DNA of 64,000 nt from Mizuhopecten yessoensis (lineage: Eukaryota), in assembly GCF_002113885.1 (NCBI RefSeq), contig NW_018480005.1, positions 157,299 through 221,298 on the forward strand. The letters run 5' to 3'. The number at the start of each line of letters is the position of its first letter. Position 1 is the first letter of the stretch. Below the pieces are notes generated by a model. The model was given only the letters and a program-made list of their open reading frames with translations. It made no database searches and was not told where the DNA came from. The position numbers and the translations under genes are program-made. Positions 25,201-37,545 of the stretch are shown here, in pieces.

Positions 25201-26785
25201 ACGGTATTACTCCGCTATAGCTCCGGCCAACGGTGGCACATCGGTAGAACAACGGCTGAGCCTCGGTATAACATCGGCGGCGCATCGGTAACACTGAGAT
25301 GACAGAAAAGTGGTATTCGGTAGCACATCGGCTCTTACATTAGTAGAACAACGATTTTCGCGCCGTTGTTAATTCTTTGCTCTGATTTGGTCCAGGCGAG
25401 GAACATCGGTAGTGTGTGACAGGCCCTTTATAGACGGATGATTGCCACACACATGTGTTAGTTATAGACGGATGATTGCCATACCGGGTGTAAGTTATAG
25501 ACGGATTATTGCCATACCAGGTGTAAGTTATAGACGGGTGATTGCCATACCAGGTGTAAGTTATAGACGGATGATGGACATACCAGGTGTAAGGTATAGA
25601 CGGATGATGGACATACCAGGTAATAGTTTTAGACGGGTGATTGCCATACGCAGGTTGTTCATATAGACGGGTGATTTCTATACACAGGTAGTAGTTATAG
25701 ACGGGTGATTACCATACACAGGTAGTAGTTATAGACGGGCGATTACCATACACAGGTGTTATTTATAGATGGGTGATTGTTATACGGTAGTGATTGCTGA
25801 GGCAGGTTTGACTGTATTTACTATCTCACACTTCTGTGACTTCACAGTCAGCAGCAGCAAGACGATCGACCTGTGTCAGAGTTACGTGGTTGAGTGGAGT
25901 CTCTTGCCGCTTCCTAAGAGTGTGTACAAGTGGCGTGCTGCGGACGATACCTTCATAGGGAACAAAAACTGCGATAACTGTGAGGTAACCTAACTGCGTG
26001 TTTTTGCTATTGTATGACTAACTGCTTTTTATATGTCTCCATATTGTCCGGACCTTTCTATTGTCCCATTTTCTCCACATCTCTCAACTTCTTTCCCTCT
26101 TTGTCTGTAAGTGTCTCAATATATTTCCGCTGCTTAACTTTTCCCCTCGATACCTTGCTTTCACCTCTTCATTTAACTATAACTTCACTGCGTTATTAAC
26201 GGTTCACTATCTCACTTTTTCCTATTGTCTCTTTTTACTTCTGCACTGTCTCGCTAACTTACCATTGCCTCGACCGCCTTCTCTCGAAGAGGCCGAGTCA
26301 CTGAGAGATAGAGAGACAGACACCTGTCCTATATAACTATATTTCTAGTGTCTAGCTGTCTGTTCACTCTCGCTATCTGTCAAACTTTTCAACTTTTTCA
26401 ATATCTTTCCACTTTTCCGCAATCTCTCGAGTGTCTCTATATCCATTTTTTATCTTACTGTCATTCAATTGTCTCACTTCTTCTCCAAGGACTCGACCTC
26501 TTTTTCAAATGTCTCAAACTCTGTCTACTGGCTTTCTGTCATTCAAATGTCTCACTTTGTTCCCACGGTCCCAGAATTATTTACACATAATACCTTGTAC
26601 GTTGTATTTATCATTTACAGATAAATTATGGTACTCCGAAAAACACAGCAGAAGTATGTGACTACAACAGTCTCAGTTGCTGTCACCTCTATGAGCGATG
26701 TAACTACAATGAAAACCTCGGACAATGTAGCTGGGATAAACTTCCCCAAAAGGAAAGTGGAAAGGATTGTGAGGCTCCAGAGTAG
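22288..26785 (+). CDS. TIMP: TIMP-B: atypical TIMP-like secreted protein, 209 aa, 5 coding exons
   Basis: Exons 22288-22399, 23492-23598, 24715-24823, 25848-25984, 26621-26785; all GT-AG, phases 1,0,1,0 as in TIMP-A, total 630 nt with no internal stop. Protein: MLLTFAVLLVFGSARLSHSLCDPDVLHPQTALCNQKYAFKGKV...YEVNVMKVFK...TTKGSMQNGIPWLVVGTKYFMT...IDLCQSYVVEW...NCDNCEI...VCDY...CCHLYERC...GQCSW...DCEAPE*. HPQ..LC, VFK and G.CSW are TIMP motifs. Confidence 0.92.
22452..22512 (+). repeat. (GAA)n microsatellite in a TIMP-B intron
   Basis: About 20 GAA-type triplets downstream of the 22400 GTAAGT donor. Confidence 0.95.
22660..22865 (+). mobile_element. SINE / L2-type 3' tail remnant
   Basis: Ends TAAAGCGCTTTAGAG...GATAAGGCACTATATCAAAT, a typical L2/CR1-derived stem-loop tail. 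Confidence 0.5.
23840..24170 (-). mobile_element. Penelope-like GIY-YIG endonuclease fragment in a TIMP-B intron
   Basis: Reads PCDASLIGETERRFGVRFGEHRKD...KSANTDHVTQKNHVIDWNNSKVLDRE...RQIKEAIWM...LNRYEGAHRLSHIYD with a stop. Confidence 0.85.
25035..25816. repeat. 33-bp minisatellite ending in a Tc1/pogo MITE-type terminus, with an internal insertion
   Basis: Unit GTTATAGACGG(A/G)TGATTGCCATACCAGGTGTAA; the array ends GGCAGGTTTGACTGTA (25801-25816). Confidence 0.9.
25180..25430. mobile_element. GC-rich truncated MITE (PIF/Harbinger-like end) interrupting the minisatellite
   Basis: Repeated CATCGG motifs; ends GTGTGACAGGCCCT followed by TTA. Confidence 0.45.
26030..26575. repeat. Pyrimidine-rich degenerate repeat in the last TIMP-B intron
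   Basis: Recurrent TGTCTCA(A/C)(A/C)TT motifs. Confidence 0.55.
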
Positions 26786-28824
26786 GAATAGGAGGACCTG
26801 TGATGAAGGAAGAACTAACTTTCATATTCTTGTTACAGATTTACCATAATTATGTTAATGTTCAATATTTTTCTCCTTGAGGACGTTTTTATCTGATCTT
26901 TATCACCCCTATTACGGTATGTGGAATAGCTAGGTGATTAATAGTATTGTGAATATTAGGACCACAGTTATTTAGTCATAGGGGTGGTCAGGTATGTATT
27001 TTACCTTTCTATTGTAATCCTGTACAATAGATGTTCATTACGTCTTACTCGGAGGATGCATTAAGTGCATTCACCTGTCCAGGTGAGTTGACTTACTTGT
27101 TTCACGGGTAGCACTATCAGGTTTGCTGTACATAAGGGTCAACAGATTTCCAGCAGTAGATGCCACACTATTTGCTGGTTTAGACAAACTCTCACTTCTG
27201 ACATTCCGGTCCCTTGGGGTTGGTTGAATTAAGACGACGGTTGAATTGCGCCAAAAGCTGTCCGGTGTAATTTATAGACCCTACCATGTTGACATTCTTA
27301 TAACTGGTATTAGTCCTTTGGCAGAGAATATAAGTGAGCATAACCCCTGGAGTTTCGGAGAGTCTGAGCTTCATGTATGATCACCTCAAAAACTGTTTAC
27401 CGAAAAGATATATCCATCATTTTAAACAGAGCATCCTGTGGAAATGGTTGTATGATTGTGTAATAAATAAATACATGTATAATATACCAGATAGCTCTTG
27501 TCCTCTATTCCTTGTTGGCTATTAACGTGACAATGACACCGACCAGAGTCGTGTGCGTACTCGCTACACGTACATCTCGCAAAAGGAAAATTGGTTTTTG
27601 AAAAATGTACATATACGGTTGTCAAAAGGACAACCTTGCGAAAAATGGTTAATGGGGTGACAAAATGATAGTGCATCATTCCTTATTTTCCCATTTTATG
27701 TCAATAACTTGGATGCATTTATAGAATTTAACTTTATTCAGATAAAATTCGTTGAATCAAAATATTAAAAGTAGCCGTATACGTAGTAACAGTCACTGAC
27801 ATCATATTAACATTGTGTTCCCTAACACGAAGTTGTTATATTGCCGTATCTTTTGAGAACTTTTACTTATCCCTACATTCAGTTTAAAGTCTCGTTAAAT
27901 TTTGTACTGATCTCACATTCCTTATTGTACTTTCATAATCTACGTTCATTCAATGCCATATTTACATAAATACTATTAGTTATGTAATGGATACAACGGT
28001 AATCTGTATATTGAGGGCGTACAATATTGTTATTTCCAAAGTAATCGTTTCAGGCTAATACTTTTACTTATATTTTACAATTCCATCATATGTACTCGTA
28101 TTAAGTATTAATAATCGCATAGTTTTTTTCATAGAATAAATAGCTCATCGGAAACGAACACAATCACACCAGATACTGTCATGCACAAGCTACCTGTAGG
28201 GATAGTCATATGTCATTTAAAGGTTAAGAGCGGAGGCCATAGTTAGGACAGAAAATATCAAAATAAATCAATTCCGCACAAAATTCTTTATTTTTCAAGT
28301 ATTCACAAAATAAAACTAGGTCGACTTTATTTGCTCCGACTTTTGAGCTTGAGATTTAAATCAAAGTTATTAGCTGTAGATTTTGTAAAACAGTTTTAAT
28401 TGTTAACATTTCCAACATGAACCCCTCAATCAGTGTCTTCTGAGACATTTACTGCCCGATGTAAACTATATTAAGTATAACAATACATACACCGAAGTGC
28501 TTTAATGCACCAACACGTGGTCATTGAGCAGCGTCTATAAACTGGAACAACTACGTTGCCCTAGATATTAGCCCGGACATCATGTCCCCAGTTTGTATGA
28601 TTTGCATTGGAAAAGTGATCTTCCGCTCGGTTAAATTTTATCGGACCCAGAACACAGGTATAGGAGTACAGTTATCTTTTCCAAAGCACCAGTTGTCGGA
28701 TTTCAGCTTTTTTCCTGATTAGTTAGGTAATTCACAGTTGCTAAGACAAGGGACGAAAGCATGTCAGAGCGCAATCCAAAGCTAGACCCTGTCTGGTTAA
28801 GTATAACCCTTACATATTATATAA

Positions 28825-29155
28825 TAATAATAAAAATAATAGTTCATGGTTCTCATATACCGCTTCATCACAACCTAGTTTGTAGGTCGTCTCAAAGCAG
28901 TTAAAAAATTATTATCCTTGGTTATCGGGCCTTTGCAACTAACCAATATCTTTCTCAATTCCATGGGGCGCATACAGCCGGTGCTGCCATTTCGGCGCTC
29001 ACTGCTAGCATTCTTCAATTCTAGCACTGCCAAACCACATACTCATGTATAGCTGAGTAGACTGTTACCAGCGGAGTAAAGTATCTTGCGTGACTCGAAT
29101 CCGCAACCCTTCGGTCACGAGCCCGGCGTCCTACCAATAGACTACCGTGTCTCCT
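28825..29155 (-). mobile_element. tRNA-derived SINE (Deu/Nin-type central domain)
   Basis: Minus-strand head GGAGACACGGTAGTCTATTGGTAGGACG...GGATTCGAGTC (A/B boxes), central TACTCATGTATAGCTGAGTAGACTG, and a (TTA)n-like tail near 28825. Confidence 0.7.
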
Positions 29156-30267
29156 GTTATCAAACCATTGAAATGTGATATCAGTTTTTTCATTGATGAT
29201 GTTATGTTAACTCCTGTATCTTTATTTTTAAAGGAAATGTTTGAAAGCATCGATATTTGCAGAATTTGATGAGCTCTGCTATCAATTAAATACGCACATT
29301 TGTTACCGGCTTTCTAAGGAATGGTGTATGTTATTTATAGCAATCCTGTTGTCTTAATCTGGCAAATTCTTAGACAAAATACTTCTCAGACCCGAAACTA
29401 ACGACTATTAAGTCTTAAATAAACTTCAGAACGGACCACATTCAATCATTCAAAGAACAGAAATGCAACGTAATATATATTTGAGTTCAATACATGTTAC
29501 CTAGAGTGTTTGGTAACCAAAGCATGCATGGAACTATATTTGTCAACCTGGAATATATTTCCTGGATAAAATTATAATTGAAATCTCAATGAAATTATGA
29601 AAAATAGCATCAAACAACTCACTTTGATTGACAGTATAACCGTTTTAGTTTGAGTAGGGATTAATGAAGGTAACAGACATGTGTATAAACGTATGTCTGA
29701 AGTAGGTTCATTTCTTAGGTTTAAAGACACTTGAGGAATATTTAGGGATAGAAACCAACACTGTCATAACATATGATGGTATTTGAAAATTAAAAATGGG
29801 ATAAGAAAGTAAAAAAAAGGTGAATAAATAACAAATGCAAACATAAAAATATTGTTTGTATACCTTTTTTTACAATTATCACCAAGAAGAAGTATGTAAT
29901 CGGTTAGTTTAACAGCAAAACGGCATTATTTTGTTGTTAAATAAAATGAATGATATCAAAATTAAGTTGTGCTGCCAAGGACCGTTTCAGGGCAGTATTA
30001 CCATAACCAATACAAAATAACTCCGACAGATAAACTATAAATTACCCGAGAAGTGACCCCTTCTTGTATCGACACCATCTTTCTATAATCTGAGCTGTTC
30101 CAAAATACACAAGATCCGATATAAATAATTTAAGGATTGAATTAATTCTTTTCTATTTCATACAATCAGGTACATTGACAAAATGCCGTTCAATCCTTAT
30201 ATTGAAAATTTAAATGTTAAGGTACTTTTGACCTAAATACATATATTTCCGTATATTTTCAAAATAA

Positions 30268-30615
30268 ACTTAACGTCACTAAAAGTGACTGTGGCGTCAG
30301 TGCAAACGAGATTACTGTAACAGCTTAATGTCACCAAATGTGTCTGTGGCGTCAGTGCAAACGAGATTACTGGAACAGCTTAATGTCACCAAATGTGTCT
30401 GTGGCGTCAATGCAAACGAGATTACTGGAACAGCTTAATGTCACCAAATGTGACTGTGGCGTCAATGCAAACGAGATTACTGGAACACCTTAATGTCACC
30501 AAATGTGTCTGTGTTGTCAGTGCAAACGAGATTACTGGAACAGCCTAATGTCACCAAATGTGTCTGTGTTGTCAGTGCAAACGAGATTACTAGACCAGCT
30601 TAACGTCACCAAAAT
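30268..30615. repeat. 55-bp tandem repeat (~6 units)
   Basis: CAGCTTAATGTCACCAAATGTGTCTGTGGCGTCAGTGCAAACGAGATTACTGGAA at 30321, 30376...; single inverted copies at ~33515-33570 and ~15500-15560. Confidence 0.95.
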
Positions 30616-31099
30616 TCTACAGTTTTTAGTTTAAACATATTATATTGCAATATAATTACAAAAGGATTGGGCACAAGTTATTGCAACTTATAAACGCCCT
30701 TTCCATACTGCTTTACAACATATAAATATATGCAATTTCTAATAATACATAAATTAATTTACAACAAACACATACTTGAGAGAGAGAGATAGAGAGAGAG
30801 ATTTTAGTATTTTAGTATTTCATGATTAAAACTCTAGATTAAGATAACAAACTTATAACAATGTTATATAACAAACTTATCAAGCTTATAACAATGTTAA
30901 CCCAGTTGGACTATAAACACATTCATTACGCACTACAAATTGTTCATTTCAATCCTGAAAAACTTTCCTCTTTCGTAATCACGCAGATCCTCTTTTCCGT
31001 AGTCTTTCATCTTAATAATACCAGCTCGGCCAACAATGTTATCTTAGCAGTTGAATAAGTAATAGCACAATATTACAGTAACATCGGATAATGAAATTG

Positions 31100-32190
31100 A
31101 AACAATTAAATAAATAAGTAAATAAATAGCGTCGTGCCCTTTTCTTTAATAATGAAATTATGAACATATAAAAAGACTTCCGAATTTGTGTCACGCGACA
31201 AGTCTTCATTTCCAAATAAAAGCAAATCTAAATCACATAGTACCTCTAAACTCAAATAATTTACTCGCTGAAAAAGAATGTTTCTTTCAATACTGTAACG
31301 GCGACATTGAAAGAAAAAGTGATAAATATTTTCACAAATATGTCCACAAATACAGCTAGGGGTTTCCACAAGGTTCACACGGAATAAGTCATAATTTTGA
31401 TAACTGCAACGGTGTCTAAGCTTCGTGTGAATAACATTTAACCTATGGTCGCCGTTACCAAAGTACGAAGGAGGAATAAATTGATCGTTGGGTTTCAGGG
31501 AATTTTTAAAGATATTCAATGAAGCTGATGACCTAATAGAGTTGTCGAGGGTATTCCAACAGCGAAGAGTGGACGCTAAAAAAGAAGAGTTTGTTGTTGA
31601 TATTTTGAAATACGGGATTCTATTATCATTTCTGTTTCGATAAGGATAGCGAACTAGATCTTGTACAGTCTGGTGTTTGATTAGCATGCATTTTAAACAA
31701 GAGTTGAAGCTTTCTTCTTTTTCTTCTAGCAGACAATGTTTCTAAACCTGTTTCAAAATTTAAAGAATATATGCTAGCATATGATGGCAGACCTGTTATA
31801 ATTCGAGCGGCTTCACGTTGGGCTTTTTCCAACTTTTCTGATTCGAAACTAGAGCATCCATCCCACAATTCGCATGTATATTCTAAAATAGGTAAAATAA
31901 AGGTTCGGTAAATTCTTAATAGGGCGTTTCGTTTTAATAGAAATTTTAATTTTTTTTAAGACATTTTTTTTCATAACTGAAGAATACATCGCTTCTATAT
32001 GATCCCCCCATTTGACACTGGAGTTGAGAGTAACACCTAAATGCTTGTGACTATCTGAAAAGTCTAAAATGTTCCCGTCAAATTCTAATTCTAATAATGC
32101 ATCTACGTCATTTCTACTGGAGAAAATAAAGTACATCAGTTTTGTCCCGATTAAACGTTACCAGCCAAATTCTTCATGTTTAACCGATCA
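31100..32190 (-). mobile_element. 5'-truncated CR1/L2-clade LINE (3' end of ORF2)
   Basis: HKHLGVTLNSSVKWGDHI, WDGCS..E.EKLEK.QREAARIITG, CWNTL, CICG..CE...HFFFQC across frameshifts; (TTTA)n-like tail near 31106-31128. Confidence 0.92.
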
Positions 32191-33931
32191 TCAATGTTTC
32201 CCAAACTATTTAGACATCAGATATCTTATTCCGAGAATTATAATTCAAAATCGATATCATATCGAGAGATATATATTATAGCGTGAATTGGTGAGGAGAG
32301 ACGGTCGCTAATTTAAATATCTTGCAAATGTCTTTTCCAAAACGCGGATTCAAATCCTCTCGAAAACGTTTAAAGCAATTCACCTCTAACCAACCCCAAT
32401 GTTTTTTCAAACATTATCGAATCCCGAGTTATATATTTCACCAAAGTGTACAATCATACATCGATTATATCTATTCTACCTAGTAAAAAGTAATGACAGT
32501 TATTGTCCATATGCCTATGATAAGTTAGGTGACCCAGCAAATCTGATTATAGAAATCCGGCTGTTCTAACTCGCGCTAGCATTTGTCATGTGATCACTAT
32601 TATGTCTTTGTTTCACTACAATCTGCTTGTTTTTATCAACTCTGACCCTGTGAGCGGTTGATCTGTTTATCATTTTCAATCGCCATTTGATAGACAGGCG
32701 ATAAAAGGTCAACACTGACGTCATGTTTTACACCAGATGTTCATTTCAATCAATCAAATCCACCAATCTATAGACATCGCTCGTCAACACAGGAAATAGG
32801 CATTTCGCAGATTTACAAAGACTATTTCAAGTCACCTTCGCGGTTAGTTCAGCGGAACATTCTCATCGTGAGCTTGACAGGTTTTAAGTAAAAAACATTT
32901 GCCCGCTAGCAAATCCTCAAAAACATGGGGGATACCTTTATTCGACAAATTAAACCAGACCCACGACTCACTTGTTTACCGGTAGATTTGCTGAGGGAGG
33001 TTTTTTGAGAGCGTTAGTCTGATGGCAAAAAAAACATGCACGCGTAGGGTCTATCGTCCAATATTCCATGCTTATTTATCAATGAAAAGTGCCGTTTCAT
33101 CGCAAACGTAGTAGAATTCCAAACGAACCATATACGCATAACGCTTTTCAGAAAGTCTCCCCGTATTTGAGCAGTGATTGATTATTCTTTTACAGTCATT
33201 TGTAAATAAAGGAGTGGTCACATGGTCTTATAGATACTTCAGTAGAAATGACTAGACATTTAATTAAATTTTTATAATGTAGAATAGATATAATTTACAT
33301 GTTTGTGTATATTATGGTTGAATATATAATTAGGAATTAGAAATATTAGTAAAACATATCATGAAATAGTAATAAAAAACTTTTCAAATTATTTTTTTCC
33401 AAATGTGAACGTGTTCCTACTACACACCCACATGATATAAGGAAATACGCTGATTATTTATAAATAAATCAGGCAATGCTGATTAGATCTCAAAAATCAG
33501 AAAATCGTTAGAAACATTTTGGTGACGTTAAGCTGTTCCAGGAATCTCGTTTGCACTGACGACACACACACATTAATATCGAAAATATAAAGGTATACAG
33601 CTCTATGAAGAAACTGATGTCACGTGGTTATTCATAAATGTAATGTAAATTTGTTTGTTCGAAGATGTGTTTGAAAAGTAATCGCTGCATTTTTACAATA
33701 TATGCTATAATAAAGTATAATAACCGATCGCTATATTTTTCTAAAATCGTATTTGCCACCCAAAATGATTTCACAAATATCTTTTAAACATTAGCAATGT
33801 ATTAACTTAAATGTTATGATGACTCTTAGGTTCATGTAATAATAAAAGAAAACATCTGCTAGAAGAATTCAGCTCTGTGTTGTCAATATATTGTTGAAAG
33901 ATTTTATAGTTTATTGTGAAACATCCTACCA

Positions 33932-34385
33932 GTGTTTCGTGTTGGGGAATCTTCAATTGCCAAAATGGTTGGCGTTTTGAAAAAGTACGAAGGAATCTTA
34001 AATTCTCCTAGATACCAGACGGAAATTGTAAATGATGTAGATATCATCTCGGAGTGTCTGATTTTTCCAAACAAGGAATACATTATACAACAGGACTTGT
34101 CTCCTTGTCATAATTCAGTGTCGTCGAAACACTTTTTCAGCACCTAGGGAATCGAGATACTACCGTGGCCCGGAAACAGCCCTGACTTGAATCCCATTGA
34201 GAACATAGGGAACGACAGGAAAAGAAGCATTTCCAAGAAATTTCCTATCAAAAGCGTGAACTATGGAAGGAAATCCAGCCTCAGTGGTATGCTCTCTAAG
34301 GGGACTTTTTGAAGAAACTAATCCACGTTATGCCAAGACGGATTCGCGCAGTAATTAATGTAAGTGATGGAACCGTAAAGCAATC
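33932..34385 (+). mobile_element. Tc1-family DDE transposase remnant
   Basis: IIQQDLSPCH...*GIEILPWPGNSPDLNPIENI...MPRRIRAVI with a stop and frameshifts. Confidence 0.9.
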
Positions 34386-34844
34386 AATTAATTAATAAGA
34401 AAATCCATCGGTTTTTTATTTTTCATTGACATTCTTAAAATCAATAAATGTGACATTAATCTTTGCAAAACAAACATGTGACATCAATTTCTTCAAGGAC
34501 ATGTATATGCATTTAGGTTAAAAATACCTAAACATTTAAAATGTAAAGGTCAGTGTTGAACGGTATTTTGTCCATGTTCATGACGGTTTGAATTTGAATA
34601 GAATCAATTCAATCCTTGAATTATTTGTTTCGACTCATGTGTTAAACAGTTCAGATTATAGAAAGATGTCGTCCATAGATGACGTGTCACTTGTCGGTCA
34701 TTTTATAGTTTTACGTATACAATACTTTCATTCTCGCTTTCACACTTTTCTTTATGAGAGCTTGCTTAATATTAATACAAAACAATCACTTAAAGATATC
34801 TGGCGGATTTCTTTGGTATTTGTTATGTTAATACGGTGCTTGAA

Positions 34845-35190
34845 CGGTCCTTGCAACAGCTTCAACCTTACATACGTCAGGTAAACTGATCGGAAATTTG
34901 GGATACACCTAAAAGAACACCAGAAAGACGTTGAAGCCATGCAACAGCAAGTCTTCACTAGAAATACAAGGAAAACATCGGAGAAACAATGCAATAAATC
35001 ATCCATTATAGACCTTCTAACACACACAACCATTTCATAGACTAGAACAACTCTAAATAGCTTGAAAGGGAGGACAACTGGAAAGTCAGGAAAATCAAAG
35101 AATCCATCTGGGTTAGGAGGGAATTGGATTTGATGAACAGAGACGAAGGGGGCTACCAGCTGAGTCATCTTGTTGACCCCATTTTAACAT
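34845..35190 (+). mobile_element. Penelope-like GIY-YIG endonuclease fragment
   Basis: PCNSFNLTYVR*TDRKFGIHLKEHQKDVE...KIKESIWVRR...MNRDEGGYQLSHL; same type as 23840-24170. Confidence 0.8.
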
Positions 35191-35289
35191 AAACATGTTA
35201 CCCGTTCCCCGGACTGCCTGCAGTATTAGAGTGCAGTTGGACGAATGTATATATGATTTTGACAGCTGTCTTAACTGATTAGGCCCTGT

Positions 35290-35653
35290 GTAGTTTGTTA
35301 TTTGCCAGGGTTTTGTGGTAAGGTTTGCCGACATACCCGCTTCTTGTCACTGCCAAAGTGATAAACGGGGTGGGGCAGGGCATCATTTGATCCATCTCTA
35401 CGGCTGTCATGAATAAAAAAAGTTCAGCATCAATAACCTCGGCCGTAACTGGGGAATCGCCCTTCTGGCATCATCGTTGGTTGATCTAGGTGCCCAGGAG
35501 GCTTTTGGTGTGCTCTAAGATGCGGCGATATCAAACCCTGGGGATGTGTATTGTTATGGGATGAAGTATGTCCCTGGGGGACACGCTGTCACCCTCGGGA
35601 TGGACGTGCTCGCTATGATTCTGGGCGTAGCACTGTTTTTAAGAAGGAAATAG
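35290..35653 (+). pseudogene. 3' fragment of an MFS transporter paralogue (copy 3)
   Basis: Near-identical to ~42700-43063 (CGTAACTGGGGAATCGCCCTTCTGGCATCATCGTTGG...) but with indels and a TAC>TAA stop; truncated 5' next to the Penelope fragment. Confidence 0.88.
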
Positions 35654-36338
35654 ACATATTCCTATAGCGTTAAAAATAGCTGTGTGTTATACGAGTACAA
35701 TTGTGATATAATCCTTCGATTTATAAGTCAATTTCTGATGCTTATTATCTGTGGTAATTATGTACGCTTTGTATGTGTTACTCTGTTACATTTATCGTTG
35801 ATTTTAGCTGTGTATATTTAACATTGAGCCATTAGTTCTGAAAAACTATTTTTTCGATAAAGCATATGAAAAATTGTCACGTTCATGGCAAGGTGCAAAC
35901 CAAAAGGCGATACTGAACAATATTGCACATTAAATTAAAATACACATTGTTAGAAATGCGAGTATGCAGAGAAAGGAAAATAGTTGAATAATAGTTCAGC
36001 AAACAGTTCATCACCAATGAGGCCACGTGAGGTGTGAATCGGCCTTCGGAATTCCGAAACGATTTATACAAGTACTATTATTCCTCTGAAGATAGTACGT
36101 TTTGTCCATACCTTACAGACTTCACTGCCGGTATTTTCACCTGCTGTATTCCAGTGCATGTCTTTAGAGTCCTAATGTGAAATATAGTATTTTATTTATT
36201 TGGTTAAAGAATATCTAGAGATCTGAAACTTTGATAATATATTTAATGAATCAAAGCCTCAATATATCATTTAAACTTATTTGTTAAGAATATCAGTACT
36301 AACTGGTTTCACAATAAAGTCAATTTGTTTTATTACAG

Positions 36339-37545
36339 GTCTTGGTTCTTTGTTCAATTACATGGTTGCCCTCAATACCAACGCCATCAACTTCCACCCA
36401 AAACACCGCGGAAAAATCGTGGGCATCCTCAGCGCTTCTTTTGCAGGCAGTTCGTCGGTTTTCGCGGCATTGTATTTCCATGTAATTGGGAAGAAGGACC
36501 CTAAGAGTGGCGACAGTTTTTCCACGCTGATGATTGTGTTCAATGTGTGTTTTGTGGTCCTGGAAATTTTGTGTATTGCGTTTTTGCGAGTGTATCCACG
36601 TGTTAAACCCATAGACAACATCATATCTGATGTCAGGGCAGAAAGCCTGTGTGAACAACCGTACGATAAAAGCCTCGAGGGCGTTAAAAATAGTACGGAA
36701 GTCATCCATCGCATTTATGCGAATGTTTCCACGTATGGAGCTCACTGACCCCATTATACCGGAATTGAGGTCAGCTGACACGCATAAAAGCGGCACACCA
36801 GCGTACAACAGATATATTGTTGGTGAAAATAATATGACGAACGCCATCCAAAGTTCCGAGAATATTGGTGATACAAAGGCATCTGATATAGATTTAGTAG
36901 TTCCAGATGACACCACATGGTCAGATGGTACGTCTTTATTAACTTTCCTCATCACACTTGACTTTCAGCTCCTGACGTTGATATTTACGTTAACGTCTGC
37001 AGTTGGTCAGGTTTTCTTGATTACCCTCTTACAGACTACGGCGGCATCAGGAATGGACAGTCAAAACGCGTTAATCGTTCTAATAATTCCAATCATCAAT
37101 GCTGTTATCAGCGCCGCCATCGGGATAATTTCTGATCATTTTCACCAAAGAGTTCCCCGAATGTGTCTCCTCACAATGGGAACTGTGGCGTTTATTATTT
37201 GCCAGGGTCTAGTGATAGGACTGGGTGACAAATACCAGGCACTTGTTACTGCTTCACTGATAAACGGGGTGGGACAAAGCATCATTTGGTCCATATCTCC
37301 GGTGGTCATGAGTGAAATGTTCAGCATCAAGAACCTTGGTCGCAATTGGGGCATCGCTCTGCTGATGTCTTCGCTGGTAGGTTGTGCAGCCCTAGAGTTT
37401 TTTTTACGACGCGACGATATCCATCCCTGGGGAAGTGTACTGTTATGGAATGAAGTATGTTCGTGAGGGACACGCCGTAATCCTCGGGATGGTCGTACTC
37501 GCTATGATTTTAGGTGTGACTCTGTATGTACGGAGAAGGAGATAG
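36339..37545 (+). pseudogene. Frameshifted copy of MFS transporter exon 3 (copy 2)
   Basis: Acceptor TTACAG|GT at 36338, then GLGSLFNYMVALNTNAINFHPKHRGK..., a frameshift in the central loop (~36620-36745) and a deletion/frameshift near 37400. No exon 1 or 2 was found upstream. Confidence 0.85.

Noticed and set aside
25442-25666. Repeat peptide ORF (IAIPGVSYRR)n
   Set aside because: 33-bp intronic minisatellite of TIMP-B.
29085-29155. tRNA gene
   Set aside because: A/B-box-like head attached to a SINE body and tail; no intact cloverleaf could be built.
36320-37354. Minus-strand ORFs of 211, 118 and 70 aa
   Set aside because: Antisense shadows of the MFS pseudogene.
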